From Flavobacterium sp. UBA6135 (GTDB lineage: Bacteria > Bacteroidota > Bacteroidia > Flavobacteriales > Flavobacteriaceae): a DNA stretch of 64,000 bases. Of the stretch, positions 46,875 through 57,123 are shown in pieces. Location of the stretch: assembly GCF_002428305.1 (NCBI RefSeq), contig NZ_DIVJ01000023.1:108489-172488 (forward strand), read 5' to 3'. Below the pieces are notes generated by a model, which was not told the origin of the DNA, made no database searches, and saw only the letters and a list, made by a program, of their open reading frames with translations. Within the stretch, counting starts at the first letter, position 1, and each line of letters opens with the position of its first letter. The translations under genes and the position numbers were made by a program.

Positions 46875-47801
46875 CTATCCAAACAATTGTTTTTCAACCA
46901 AATATGTGGTTAGTATTTTTTCAAAATCTGCTCCAACATTCACCGGAACATATTTTATTTTATTTTGAGCACAAGTCATCGCTACTTTTTTGAAATAGAA
47001 ATCGACACTTTTTTCGTAAGCCTTTTTGATGTTTTCGGCAAACAAATTGACAGTTTCTCCAGTTTCAACATCAATAAATTTACGTGGAGCATTATCAAAA
47101 TCAAAATTTAACTCTCTTTTTTCGTCCACAACATGAAATAAAACCACTTTGTGTTTGTTGTGTTTCAAATGTTGAAGAGCATTAAAAAGCTTTTCTTCAT
47201 CGCCATTTTGAAACATATCGGTAAATAAAATAATCATGGAACGGCGTTGCATTTTTTCGGCAATTTGATGCAAAAATGTAACGGTTTCCGTTGGTTTTGA
47301 TTCTTTTGGTTTTTCCAGTAATTCTTCTAATTTATTTAAAACCATTCGATGATGGCGATCACTTCCTTTTTCGGGAGCATAGTATTCATACATATCTGAA
47401 TAAACACTTAAACCCACGGCATCGCGTTGTTTCTTTAACAAATTCATCAAAACCGCAGACGCTAAAACCGAAAATCCTATTTTACTTTCATAAAATGGTT
47501 CGTCATCTTTTAACTTCGGAAAATGCATCGAAGAAGAATTATCAATAATTAAATGACATCGAAGGTTGGTTTCCTCCTCATATTTTTTGGTGTATAAACG
47601 GTCTGTTTTAGCAAATAATTTCCAATCAATGTGTTTGGTGCTTTCGCCTTTGTTATAGACTTTATGCTCAGCAAATTCGGCAGAAAACCCATGGAAAGGT
47701 GATTTGTGCATACCGGAAATAAAGCCTTCTACTACTTGGTTGGCAAGTAATTCTAAGTGTTTAAATCCGGATATTATTTCTTTTTGAGATTCGATGTTCA
47801 T
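46875..47801 (-). CDS. DUF58-family (vWA-like) protein
   Basis: G.HKSPFHG.S.EFAEH, IDWK, YEEETN, DNSSSM. Confidence 0.9.
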   Translation of the reverse strand: MNIESQKEIISGFKHLELLANQVVEGFISGMHKSPFHGFSAEFAEHKVYNKGESTKHIDWKLFAKTDRLYTKKYEEETNLRCHLIIDNSSSMHFPKLKDDEPFYESKIGFSVLASAVLMNLLKKQRDAVGLSVYSDMYEYYAPEKGSDRHHRMVLNKLEELLEKPKESKPTETVTFLHQIAEKMQRRSMIILFTDMFQNGDEEKLFNALQHLKHNKHKVVLFHVVDEKRELNFDFDNAPRKFIDVETGETVNLFAENIKKAYEKSVDFYFKKVAMTCAQNKIKYVPVNVGADFEKILTTYLVEKQLFG

Positions 47802-47868
47802 CTTTCAAAGATATCAAATCCCATTTGAGCTACAAAAGAAAATCGAACAAGACTCCGCTAATTTTATG

Positions 47869-48663
47869 TTAAGATGGTTTAGGACCTTTTGCCATCATTT
47901 TTCTCATAACACCCGGAAACCAGCGTTGTATACCTATGAAAATTTTGCCATGGGCCGTAAAAATATAATTGCGTTTTCTTTGCCAAATGGCTGAAACCAT
48001 AACTTGTGCTGCTTTTTCTGTGGGCCACATCATTTTTTCAGGTCTGGGATCTTTGCGATCCGGATGCCAAACTCCTTCGTTATCAATTCGGGCTATTTCC
48101 GATTTAACAAAACCGGGGTGTAACGTGGTACAACTTACTCCGGTATCAAGTAATTCAACTTGATAAGTCAATCCAATGGAATTCACCGCAGCTTTTGAAG
48201 CTCCATAAGCTCCAACATAAGGATTTGGAAGATAAGCACCAACGCTTCCAACTAAAGCGAGTCTGCCCTTGGTTTGTTTTAAATGAGGTAATGCATATTT
48301 GGCCGTTAAAGCAAGTCCAATTACATTTCCTTGCAATTGGCGTTGCCATTCTTCTTGCGTCAAATCTTCCATTTTACCAAATACTCCAAAACCAGCATTG
48401 GCAACTGCTACGTCTAATTTACCAAATGTGTCAATTATTTGATTCACACAGTTTTTAATACTAACTTCATCCAAAATATCACAGAAAAATGCTTTTGCTT
48501 TACCGCCTGAACTTTCAATTTCTAAAACTAATTTATCTAATTCAACCATTCTTCGTGCGGAAACGGCAACAATAGCTCCGTTTTTGGAAAACGTTAATGC
48601 CATAGCTCTTCCAATTCCAGAAGAAGCACCGGTAATCCAAACGATTTGATCTTTAAAATTCAT
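47869..48663 (-). CDS. SDR-family oxidoreductase
   Basis: TGASSGIG, ANAG, YGASK. Confidence 0.92.
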   Translation of the reverse strand: MNFKDQIVWITGASSGIGRAMALTFSKNGAIVAVSARRMVELDKLVLEIESSGGKAKAFFCDILDEVSIKNCVNQIIDTFGKLDVAVANAGFGVFGKMEDLTQEEWQRQLQGNVIGLALTAKYALPHLKQTKGRLALVGSVGAYLPNPYVGAYGASKAAVNSIGLTYQVELLDTGVSCTTLHPGFVKSEIARIDNEGVWHPDRKDPRPEKMMWPTEKAAQVMVSAIWQRKRNYIFTAHGKIFIGIQRWFPGVMRKMMAKGPKPS

Positions 48664-48842
48664 TGATTAAGGTTTTAAATGAACAACATCTTTTTACATC
48701 GAAAGTAAATTAATTAAATTACAAAAATTGAAATTACAAAAAACAAATAGAATATCAGTAATAAATTCTGAAAATCAATCATTTAAAATAAAAAAAGCCC
48801 AACTTTCGTTGGACCTTTAATTTGTAAAATATAATTTTTAGA

Positions 48843-49160
48843 TTACAACAATGCATCAATTGCATCAGTATAATTTTTCTTTGGAGCTACGCCCACTTGT
48901 CTTCCTACCACTTCTCCATTTTGAAAAACAAGAACTGTTGGAATATTTCTAACGCCATATTTTGCTGCAAATTCTTGGTTTGCATCTACGTCAACTTTTC
49001 CAACTACCGCTTTCCCTTCATACTCTGTTGCGATTTCGTCGATAACCGGCCCTACCATTCTACAAGGTCCGCACCAAGCTGCCCAAAAATCTACTACTAC
49101 CGGCTTATCTGATTTTAAAACTACTTCATCAAAAGTAGCATCTGTTATTGCTAATGCCAT
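48843..49160 (-). CDS. trxA: Thioredoxin
   Basis: WCGPC active site. Confidence 0.97.
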   Translation of the reverse strand: MALAITDATFDEVVLKSDKPVVVDFWAAWCGPCRMVGPVIDEIATEYEGKAVVGKVDVDANQEFAAKYGVRNIPTVLVFQNGEVVGRQVGVAPKKNYTDAIDALL

Positions 49161-49277
49161 TTTATATTTTTTTAATTAATATTCATTTATTGATAATGCA
49201 AATTTAAAAATTTAAAACTTAATGAAGTGTTAATTGAAAATTAGTTTTGATTATGAAGGTATTTGTGGAATTGATGG

Positions 49278-52200
49278 TTAGTTCAACCTAAAGTCAACTT
49301 GTCTTTTTTCTAACTCATTTAATAATTCATTTGTAATTCGAACTTTCAGCTTTCTACTTGGCATCGTTAACTTTGTCACCAATTGGATATCATCTTTTGG
49401 AGCTTCGATTTCCATTTCAATATCTTCCAAATTTTCAATATCTAAATCTTCATCAGAAGCAATTACAACTGGTTTTATCTCAATTCCTTTTATCATTTTT
49501 TCCAATTCTAACACTTCAAAAGTTACCGAGTTATCACCTTGATAGGATTTAAAAATAGTACTTAACTCTGAAATAAGAGCACTATTTAAGTCTGCAATAT
49601 TCATCTGAATGATAAGCTTTTTGGCGAACTGTGGCAAAACATCTTGCAAATATTGAATCAATTGAAATGTAATTCTCGGATCGCCTTTTTTACCTGTTTC
49701 TTTGTTTGCCCATCCTTCACGCACCATCACTTTCATAAACGTAAAATTATTTTGGATGATAAAATGACGGAATTTTAAATATTCTTCTCCGTAGATTCTA
49801 AATTCATAACTTTCATCATATCCTTCCAATACAAAGGATGCCCAGCCTTTTCCGTTTTGAGCCACACGATGCTGCACATTGGTTATAATTCCGCCAAAAG
49901 TCAACGTCTTATTCACGTGTTGCTCTAAATTTTTAAGGTATTCTAATTTTGAATTACAGAAATATTTCATCTCAAATCGAAAATCATCTAACGGATGTCC
50001 GGAAATATAAATCCCGACTACTTCTTTTTCTTTAGCTAATTTTTCCATCGTACTCCATTCATCGCAAGGCGGAACTTGCGGCTCCGCAATTTGAACATCA
50101 CTTGCTTCACCAAACAAACTCACTTGAGCTGAATTTTCATTTTCCTGAAATTTTGCTCCGTAACGAATCGCTTTTTCCAAAAACGTGATATTATCACCGT
50201 CATGATGAAAATATTGTGCTCGATGCGTTGCCGAAAAACCATCAAATCCACCTGCTAAAGCTAAATTTTCAAAAGCTTTTTTGTTGGCTGCACGTAAATC
50301 AATTCGTTTTGCTAAATCAAAAATGGATTTATATTTTCCGTCTTTCAATCGGTTTTGCACGATGGTTTCTACCGCACCGGCTCCAACTCCTTTGATTGCC
50401 CCCATTCCAAAACGAATCGCACCATCATCATTTACGGTGAATTTATAAAACGATTCATTTACATCGGGACTCAATACTTTCATACCCATTCGCTTGCATT
50501 CTTCCATAAAAAACGAAACCTGTTTGATATCGTTCATGTTGTTAGAAAGCACCGCTGCCATATATTCTGCAGGATAATGAGCCTTAAGATAAGCCGTTTG
50601 ATAACCAATCCAAGCATAGCAAGTGGAATGCGATTTGTTGAAGGCATAACTCGCAAAAGCTTCCCAATCTGTCCAAATTTTATCCAACTTTTTAGCATCA
50701 TGACCTTTTTCAACAGCCTGATCAATGAACTTGGATTTCATTTTATCCAAAACATCTTTTTGCTTTTTACCCATCGCTTTACGAAGTACGTCGGCATCAC
50801 CTTTAGAGAAACCGGCTAATTTTTGCGAAAGTAACATTACCTGCTCTTGGTAAACTGTGATTCCATAGGTTTCTTTCAAAAATTCTTCGTTGGCTTCTAA
50901 ATCATATTCTATCGCTTCTTCGCCATTTTTTCTGCGAACGAAAGACGGAATATATTCTAATGGTCCAGGACGATACAAGGCATTCATCGCAATTAAATCA
51001 CCAAAAACAGTTGGTTTTAAATCACGAAGGTATTTTTGCATTCCAACCGATTCATATTGGAAAATTCCAACTGTTTCACCACGTTGAAATAACTCATAGG
51101 TTTTAACATCATCAATTGGAAAAGCATCCGGATCGAGTTCTTTTCCGGTTCGATATTTAATTAATTTAACTGTATCTTTTATTAACGTAAGGGTTTTTAA
51201 TCCTAAAAAGTCCATCTTCAACAAACCGGCACTTTCTACCACCGAGTTGTCAAATTGAGTGACATATAAATCCGAATCTTTTGCGGTTGCTACTGGAACG
51301 AAATTTGTAATGTCACTTGGCGTAATGATCACTCCGCAGGCGTGAATTCCGGTATTTCGCAACGAACCTTCCAATACTTTTGCTTGTTGAATGGTTTCTC
51401 CGGCTAATTCACCTTGATTGGCAATCGCAATTAATTCTTTTATGTTATCAAATTCATCAGAACGGACGGCTTTTTTTACTTCTTCGATTGAATCGGATAA
51501 AAATCGGGCTAAACTCCATTTTCCAGGCATCATTCCCGGAATTAATTTGGCTAATTTATCCGCTTCAAAAAGTGGTAAATCGAGCACACGAGCGGTATCT
51601 CTCAACGAGGATTTAGTAGCCATTTTACCATAGGTAATAATTTGAGCCACCTGATTTGAACCGTATTTATCAATCACATATTGCATCACGCGACCACGAC
51701 CTTCATCATCAAAATCGATATCAATATCGGGCATCGAAACCCTGTCAGGATTCAGGAAACGCTCAAAAAGCAAATCGTATTCTAATGGGTCAATGTTCGT
51801 AATCCATAAACAATACGCCACCACTGAACCGGCAGCCGAACCACGACCGGGTCCAACCGAAACATCCATTTCACGAGCGGCTCTAATAAAATCTTGAACA
51901 ATCAAAAAGTATCCGGGATAACCCGTGTTTTCAATTGTTTTTAATTCAAAATCAAGACGTTCTTCAATTTCCGGAGTGATGGTTCCGTAGCGTTTTTTAG
52001 CACCTTCATACGTGAGGTGTCTCAAATATAAATTCTCACCTCTTTTCCCACTATCTTCTTCATCTTCTGGAACTAAAAATTCTTCAGGAATATCAAACTT
52101 TGGAAGTAAAACTCCTCGAGCTAAATCGAAAATTTCAATTTTATCGACTACTTCGCTAATGTTTAAAATTGCTTCCGGTAAATCGGCAAAGAGTTTTTTC

Positions 52201-53792
52201 ATCTCGTCGCCCGACTTAAAATAATATTCCTGATTAGGCAAACCGTAACGATAACCACGACCTCTTCCTATCGGTGTGGCTTGTTTTTCACCATCGCGAA
52301 CACAAAGTAAAATGTCGTGAGCATTGGCATTTTCTTTATCTACATAAAAAACGTTGTTCGTAGCCACCATTTTTACGTCATGCTTTTTGGCTAATGAAAT
52401 CAACGATGTATTCACTCTGTTTTCATCTTCTTGATTGTGTCGCATCAATTCGATGTACAAATCATCACCAAATTCATTTTTCCACCAGAGCAAGGCTTCT
52501 TCGGCTTGATTTTCGCCAATATTTAAAAGTTTATTCGGAATTTCGCCGGACAAACTTCCCGACAAAACAATCAAATCTTCTTTATATTTTTGAATTACTT
52601 CTTTGTCAATTCGGGGAACATAATAAAATCCGTCCGTATAACCAATGGATGACATTTTGGCTAAATTGTGATAGCCTTTTTTATTCTTAGCCAGAAAAAC
52701 CACTTGATAGCCATTGTCTTTTCGGGTTTTATCTTTGTGATTATCGCAGACGAAAAATTCGCAACCTACAATGGGTTTGATAATTGTTTCTGTGGGATTT
52801 TCTCCGGCTTCAATTGCTGCTTTGTTTTTCGCTTCGGCAGATTTATTATGGTATAAAACATCTCGAACAAAATGAAAAGCTCCCATCATATTCCCGATAT
52901 CGGTCATAGCAACCGCCGGCATTTTATTTTTAACCGCCGCTTTCACCAAGTCAGCAACGGAAATTGTCGATTGTAAAACGGAAAATTGTGAATGATTATG
53001 CAAATGCACAAAATCAACATCGACTAATGTTTTTTGGTTTTCAACTAAGTCTTTTTTAGGAAGTTCTTTTGGTTGTTCTTTTTGAAATTGTTTCCGAATT
53101 ACTTCAGAAGCTTCTTTCAAATTAATATGTTTTAATCCGATTAGTTGAATTTCTTTCGGATTGTGTTCATTAAAATTTTTGAAATAATCTGCCGGAACAT
53201 CGAGTTCTTCTTTGGTGAAAATTTCTCTTTTGATTAATTCGAGAAAACATCGTGTTGTTGCTTCAACGTCGGCAGTTGCATTATGAGCTTCTGAAAAAGG
53301 AACGCCAAAAAGATATTGATGTAATTCGGTTAAGGTTGGTAATTTGAATTTCCCACCACGTCCGCCGGGAAGTTTCAACAGATTTGCAGTCACTTCGGTA
53401 CAAGTATCTAAAACCGGTTTAGAAGTCAGTAGAGAATTTACATTCATCCGATGAAATTCGCATCCCATAATATTCACATCAAATCCAACATTTTGACCAA
53501 CAATGAATTTGGCTTTACTTAAAGCGATGTTGAATTTTTTGAGTACTTCATTTAAAGAAATTCCGTTTTGCTGAGCCAATTCGGTTGAAATACCGTGAAT
53601 TCGTTCAGCGTCATATGGAATATTAAACCCGTCCGGTTGCACAAGATAATCTTGATTTTCGACCAAATTCCCCATTTCGTCATGCAATTGCCAAGCAATT
53701 TGAATGCAGCGGGGCCAATTGTCTGTATCGGTTAGTGGTGCATCCCATCGTTTGGGCAAGCCGGTGGTTTCAGTATCGAAGATTAAATACAT
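49278..53792 (-). CDS. dnaE: DNA polymerase III alpha subunit with N-terminal DEDDh exonuclease domain
   Basis: DTETTG...HNA.AD exonuclease motifs; PHP motif HLHNHSQFS; PDIDIDF polymerase motif. Confidence 0.97.
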   Translation of the reverse strand: MYLIFDTETTGLPKRWDAPLTDTDNWPRCIQIAWQLHDEMGNLVENQDYLVQPDGFNIPYDAERIHGISTELAQQNGISLNEVLKKFNIALSKAKFIVGQNVGFDVNIMGCEFHRMNVNSLLTSKPVLDTCTEVTANLLKLPGGRGGKFKLPTLTELHQYLFGVPFSEAHNATADVEATTRCFLELIKREIFTKEELDVPADYFKNFNEHNPKEIQLIGLKHINLKEASEVIRKQFQKEQPKELPKKDLVENQKTLVDVDFVHLHNHSQFSVLQSTISVADLVKAAVKNKMPAVAMTDIGNMMGAFHFVRDVLYHNKSAEAKNKAAIEAGENPTETIIKPIVGCEFFVCDNHKDKTRKDNGYQVVFLAKNKKGYHNLAKMSSIGYTDGFYYVPRIDKEVIQKYKEDLIVLSGSLSGEIPNKLLNIGENQAEEALLWWKNEFGDDLYIELMRHNQEDENRVNTSLISLAKKHDVKMVATNNVFYVDKENANAHDILLCVRDGEKQATPIGRGRGYRYGLPNQEYYFKSGDEMKKLFADLPEAILNISEVVDKIEIFDLARGVLLPKFDIPEEFLVPEDEEDSGKRGENLYLRHLTYEGAKKRYGTITPEIEERLDFELKTIENTGYPGYFLIVQDFIRAAREMDVSVGPGRGSAAGSVVAYCLWITNIDPLEYDLLFERFLNPDRVSMPDIDIDFDDEGRGRVMQYVIDKYGSNQVAQIITYGKMATKSSLRDTARVLDLPLFEADKLAKLIPGMMPGKWSLARFLSDSIEEVKKAVRSDEFDNIKELIAIANQGELAGETIQQAKVLEGSLRNTGIHACGVIITPSDITNFVPVATAKDSDLYVTQFDNSVVESAGLLKMDFLGLKTLTLIKDTVKLIKYRTGKELDPDAFPIDDVKTYELFQRGETVGIFQYESVGMQKYLRDLKPTVFGDLIAMNALYRPGPLEYIPSFVRRKNGEEAIEYDLEANEEFLKETYGITVYQEQVMLLSQKLAGFSKGDADVLRKAMGKKQKDVLDKMKSKFIDQAVEKGHDAKKLDKIWTDWEAFASYAFNKSHSTCYAWIGYQTAYLKAHYPAEYMAAVLSNNMNDIKQVSFFMEECKRMGMKVLSPDVNESFYKFTVNDDGAIRFGMGAIKGVGAGAVETIVQNRLKDGKYKSIFDLAKRIDLRAANKKAFENLALAGGFDGFSATHRAQYFHHDGDNITFLEKAIRYGAKFQENENSAQVSLFGEASDVQIAEPQVPPCDEWSTMEKLAKEKEVVGIYISGHPLDDFRFEMKYFCNSKLEYLKNLEQHVNKTLTFGGIITNVQHRVAQNGKGWASFVLEGYDESYEFRIYGEEYLKFRHFIIQNNFTFMKVMVREGWANKETGKKGDPRITFQLIQYLQDVLPQFAKKLIIQMNIADLNSALISELSTIFKSYQGDNSVTFEVLELEKMIKGIEIKPVVIASDEDLDIENLEDIEMEIEAPKDDIQLVTKLTMPSRKLKVRITNELLNELEKRQVDFRLN

Positions 53793-53900
53793 TTTAGAAG
53801 CGAATTAGGCAAAAGGCAATGGCCAAAAGCAGTAATTTGAATAGAAACAAAAATACATTTTAAGGGGGAAGAAATCAACTTTAGTTATTAACAAAAAGCA

Positions 53901-53930
53901 AAAAACCACTCACTTTAGTGAATGGTTTTT
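53901..53930 (-). terminator. Terminator of the RRM gene
   Basis: AAAAACCA.TCAC/GTGA.TGGTTTTT. Confidence 0.7.
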
Positions 53931-53952
53931 AATATCGTATAAAGAAAAATTC

Positions 53953-54327
53953 TTAGTATCTTCCTCCTCCGCCACCGCGACTGTTTCCACCTCCGCTGTA
54001 GCCACCGCCACCACGACTGTTTCCACCACCACCGTAACCACCACCGCCTGAACGGTTGCTGTTAAAGCTTTTTCTTTCACCTTCCGGTTTTGGCTCTGAT
54101 TTATTTACAACGATAGCACGTCCTTGAACAGTAGCTCCGTTTAATTCGTCAATTGCTTTCTGACCTTCTTCGTCATTTGGCATTTCAACAAAACCAAACC
54201 CTTTACTTCTTCCAGTAAATTTATCAGTTACAACTTTTACAGAATCAACTGCACCATAAGCCTCAAAAGACTCTCTTAAATCTGCTTCCTCAATACTCCA
54301 AGGAAGACTTCCAACAAAAATATTCAT
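53953..54327 (-). CDS. Single-RRM RNA-binding protein with Gly-rich tail
   Basis: RNP2 IFVGSL, RNP1 KGFGFVEM; TACCTTTG promoter at 54350-54357. Confidence 0.95.
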   Translation of the reverse strand: MNIFVGSLPWSIEEADLRESFEAYGAVDSVKVVTDKFTGRSKGFGFVEMPNDEEGQKAIDELNGATVQGRAIVVNKSEPKPEGERKSFNSNRSGGGGYGGGGNSRGGGGYSGGGNSRGGGGGRY

Positions 54328-54489
54328 AAATTGAAATTAAAATTCCCTACAAAGGTAATCTATTTTAGTATGCAACTGAATATTTTTGTCTTTATTTTGA
54401 ATTTCAAGCTATTAAACCCATCCTTACACATAAAAAAAGGCATTCATTTAAACATGAACGCCTTTGTATTATCTATACTCATAAAGAAT

Positions 54490-54969
54490 TTATTGAGCCG
54501 GAAACACAGGTACTTTATAAAAAACACCCTCTTGCATATTAAGCAATTCAGCCCCTAAAGGATTATTCTCAATATTTACGGCATTAAATCTAAATTCACC
54601 GGATACTGTATTATTAACTGCATCGTATTCATCAATTACAATTTGTCCGTCACCACCAATATTTGCACCAGTTGCATAAATCAATTGAGTGCCACTAAAA
54701 TTAGTTGTAAAAGAAGCACTTCTTGCACTATTTTCTCCTAAAATATATATGGCGGGGTTACGTGAAGGGGTTTTTAAAATTAATTCTTGATTGGAAGTAT
54801 ATGCATTTATAGTCAAAGCTCCATTTAAATCAACAAAAGCTTGAAAATCTATGGCTCTCCAAGTAGCATTATCCAATCTTCCTTGAACAGAAGGGTTATT
54901 GAATTTAACATTCTCTTCGCAGGAGCTTAAGAGTGTTATCATTACAAAAAAAGAAACTATTTTTTTCAT
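54490..54969 (-). CDS. Hypothetical lipoprotein (DUF6252-like); start ATG 54969 preferred
   Basis: MKKIVSFFVMITLLSSC lipobox; VSGEFRFNA...EGVFY.VP. Confidence 0.75.
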   Translation of the reverse strand: MKKIVSFFVMITLLSSCEENVKFNNPSVQGRLDNATWRAIDFQAFVDLNGALTINAYTSNQELILKTPSRNPAIYILGENSARSASFTTNFSGTQLIYATGANIGGDGQIVIDEYDAVNNTVSGEFRFNAVNIENNPLGAELLNMQEGVFYKVPVFPAQ

Positions 54970-55111
54970 TATTTCGGTAAATTTGAATTGCATTAGTGAT
55001 ACAAAAATAGTTTTTCTACTGAAATAGCCCTCAATATTTGTATAAAAATTTGAAAAACAGAACATTTTTTAATAAAAGACAGTTTAGAGTTGGGCACATT
55101 GAAAACTTTTG

Positions 55112-55168
55112 TATATTTGCACCCTTAATTAACAGAGGTCGAGAACCTCAAAATTTAATCACAAGATT
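55112..55168 (+). promoter_or_regulatory. rpsP promoter plus leader hairpin (candidate ribosomal-protein leader)
   Basis: TATATTTG at 55112-55119; GAGGT-CGAGA-ACCTC hairpin at 55135-55149. Confidence 0.6.
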
Positions 55169-55747
55169 ATGTCAGTAAAAATTAGATTACAAAGACACGG
55201 AAAAAAAGGAAAACCTTTTTTCTGGATCGTAGCAGCAGATGCTCGCTCAAAAAGAGATGGTAAATTTCTAGAAAAATTAGGAACTTACAATCCAAACACA
55301 AATCCTGCAACTATTGATTTGAACCTTGATGGTGCTGTTCAATGGTTACATAATGGTGCTCAACCAACAGATACAGCAAGAGCAATCCTTTCTTACAAGG
55401 GAGCGTTATTGAAACATCACTTGGATGGCGGCGTTAGAAAAGGAGCTTTAACTCAAGAACAAGCAGATGCTAAGTTAGCAGTTTGGATTGAAGAAAAAGC
55501 AAACAAAGTTACTTCTAAAAAAGAAGGTTTAAGCAAAGCACAAGAAAAAGCAAAAGCGGAAGCATTAAAAGCTGAAAAAGCGGCTAATGACAAACGTGCA
55601 AATGCTGCTGCAGAAGCTTTAAAAGCTGAAGAAGTAACTGAAGAGGTTGCTGAAGAAGTGACAGAAGAAGTAAGTGAAGTGGCTGCTGAGGTAGTTGCAG
55701 AAGAAACTCCTGCTGTTGAAGAATCAAATGAAGAAAAAGAAGCTTAA
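55169..55747 (+). CDS. rpsP: 30S ribosomal protein S16 with acidic C-terminal extension
   Basis: MSVKIRLQRHGKK...KLGTYNP; followed by rimM. Confidence 0.97.
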   Translation: MSVKIRLQRHGKKGKPFFWIVAADARSKRDGKFLEKLGTYNPNTNPATIDLNLDGAVQWLHNGAQPTDTARAILSYKGALLKHHLDGGVRKGALTQEQADAKLAVWIEEKANKVTSKKEGLSKAQEKAKAEALKAEKAANDKRANAAAEALKAEEVTEEVAEEVTEEVSEVAAEVVAEETPAVEESNEEKEA

Positions 55748-55759
55748 TAAATTGCGATA

Positions 55760-56284
55760 ATGCGTAAAGAAGAATGTTTCTATCTTGGCAAAATCGCTAA
55801 AAAATTTAGTTTCAAAGGGGAATTGTTAGTCTATTTAGACACTGACGAACCCGAGTTATATGAAAATATGGAATCAGTTTTTGTTGAATTAAACAAAAAC
55901 TTGGTTCCATTTTTTATTGAAAATAGTTCGCTACACAAAAATGATTTTCTCAGGGTTAAATTTGAAGATGTAGAAAATGAAGCTGATGCAGATGCAATTA
56001 TGGGTTGCGAGCTTTATTTGCCTCTCTCTTTTCTTCCAAAATTAGAAGGAAATCAATTTTATTATCACGAAGTAATTGGCTTCGAAATTGAAGACCAACG
56101 TCTTGGTGTTTTTGGAAAAATTGTTTCTATAAACGATTCAACCGCTCAGCCACTTTTTGAAGTTTTGAATGGTGCGGTGGAAATGCTTATTCCAATGATT
56201 GATCACTTTTTGGTTAAAATTGATCGTGAAAATAAAAAGGTAATCATGAATTTACCGGAAGGTTTGGTGGAGATGTATCTTTAG
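55760..56284 (+). CDS. rimM: Ribosome maturation factor RimM
   Basis: GKIAKKFSFKGE, FYYHEVIG; synteny with rpsP. Confidence 0.95.
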   Translation: MRKEECFYLGKIAKKFSFKGELLVYLDTDEPELYENMESVFVELNKNLVPFFIENSSLHKNDFLRVKFEDVENEADADAIMGCELYLPLSFLPKLEGNQFYYHEVIGFEIEDQRLGVFGKIVSINDSTAQPLFEVLNGAVEMLIPMIDHFLVKIDRENKKVIMNLPEGLVEMYL

Positions 56285-56287
56285 AAC

Positions 56288-56317
56288 GTTTCAGGTTTCA
56301 AGTTTCAAGTTTCAAGT
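56288..56317 (+). repeat. (GTTTCAA)-heptamer array directly after the rimM stop
   Basis: gtttcag gtttcaa gtttcaa gtttcaa gt. Confidence 0.9.
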
Positions 56318-56415
56318 ATTGAAATCAAAAATCTTCATTCAAAAATCGTTAATTTTGATTTTGTAATTCTTAAAAAATACCTGAAGCCCACTGGACTTCC
56401 TCCTTTTAATTTCAA

Positions 56416-57123
56416 ATGTTTCAATTCAAACAATTTTCTGTTCAACAAGACCGATGTGCCATGAAAGTGGGAACGGATGCCGTTTTATTGGGTGCTTGGT
56501 GTCCGATTGAAAACAACCCCATTTCAATTTTAGATATTGGAGCTGGCACAGGAATACTCGCTTTAATGCTGGCACAAAGAAGCAATGCAGAACAAATTGA
56601 TGCTCTGGAAATTGATGAAGAAGCATATGAACAGTGTGTTGAAAATTTTGAAAACTCTCCTTGGAGTGATCGTTTGTTTTGCTTTCATGCCGGCTTGGAT
56701 GAGTTTATTGATGAGCCCGAAGATGAATATGATTTAATCATTTCCAATCCTCCTTTCTATACTGAAAATTATAAAACTGAAAATTCGCAACGGGATTTAG
56801 CAAGATTTCAAGATGCGTTACCTTTTGACGAATTAATTGAAGCTGCAGATTTGTTACTTTCTGAAAACGGAATTTTTGCAGTAATACTTCCTTTTAAAGA
56901 AGAACAGAGATTTATTGATTTATGTGCTGAATTTGAATTGTTTCCCGTGAAAATTACAAGAGTAAGAGGCAATTCTTCAACTCCAATTGTCAGAAGTTTG
57001 TTGGCTTTTAAACGATACGAACTAAGCACTTTAGAAGCTGACGAAGTGATTATTGAAACAGCTCGGCATCAATATACAAATGACTACATTGATTTAACAA
57101 AAGACTTTTATTTAAAAATGTAA
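56416..57123 (+). CDS. tRNA1(Val) A37 N6-methyltransferase (TrmN6/YfiC family)
   Basis: MKVGTDAVLLGAW, LDIGAGTG, ISNPPFY. Confidence 0.9.
   Translation: MFQFKQFSVQQDRCAMKVGTDAVLLGAWCPIENNPISILDIGAGTGILALMLAQRSNAEQIDALEIDEEAYEQCVENFENSPWSDRLFCFHAGLDEFIDEPEDEYDLIISNPPFYTENYKTENSQRDLARFQDALPFDELIEAADLLLSENGIFAVILPFKEEQRFIDLCAEFELFPVKITRVRGNSSTPIVRSLLAFKRYELSTLEADEVIIETARHQYTNDYIDLTKDFYLKM

Noticed and set aside
49278-53792. Intein or split in the unusually long dnaE
   Set aside because: The extra length is explained by the N-terminal exonuclease domain and linker; I saw no intein splice motifs or LAGLIDADG.
55620-55745. 12-nt GAAGAAGTN-type repeats in rpsP
   Set aside because: Ordinary low-complexity acidic tail of Bacteroidetes S16.
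3346-56626. Many 60-155 aa alternative-frame ORFs in the track (e.g. 3346..3570, 18330..18665, 32927..33322, 50355..50819)
   Set aside because: They overlap well-supported genes in antisense or shifted frames and lack motifs; they are shadow ORFs.
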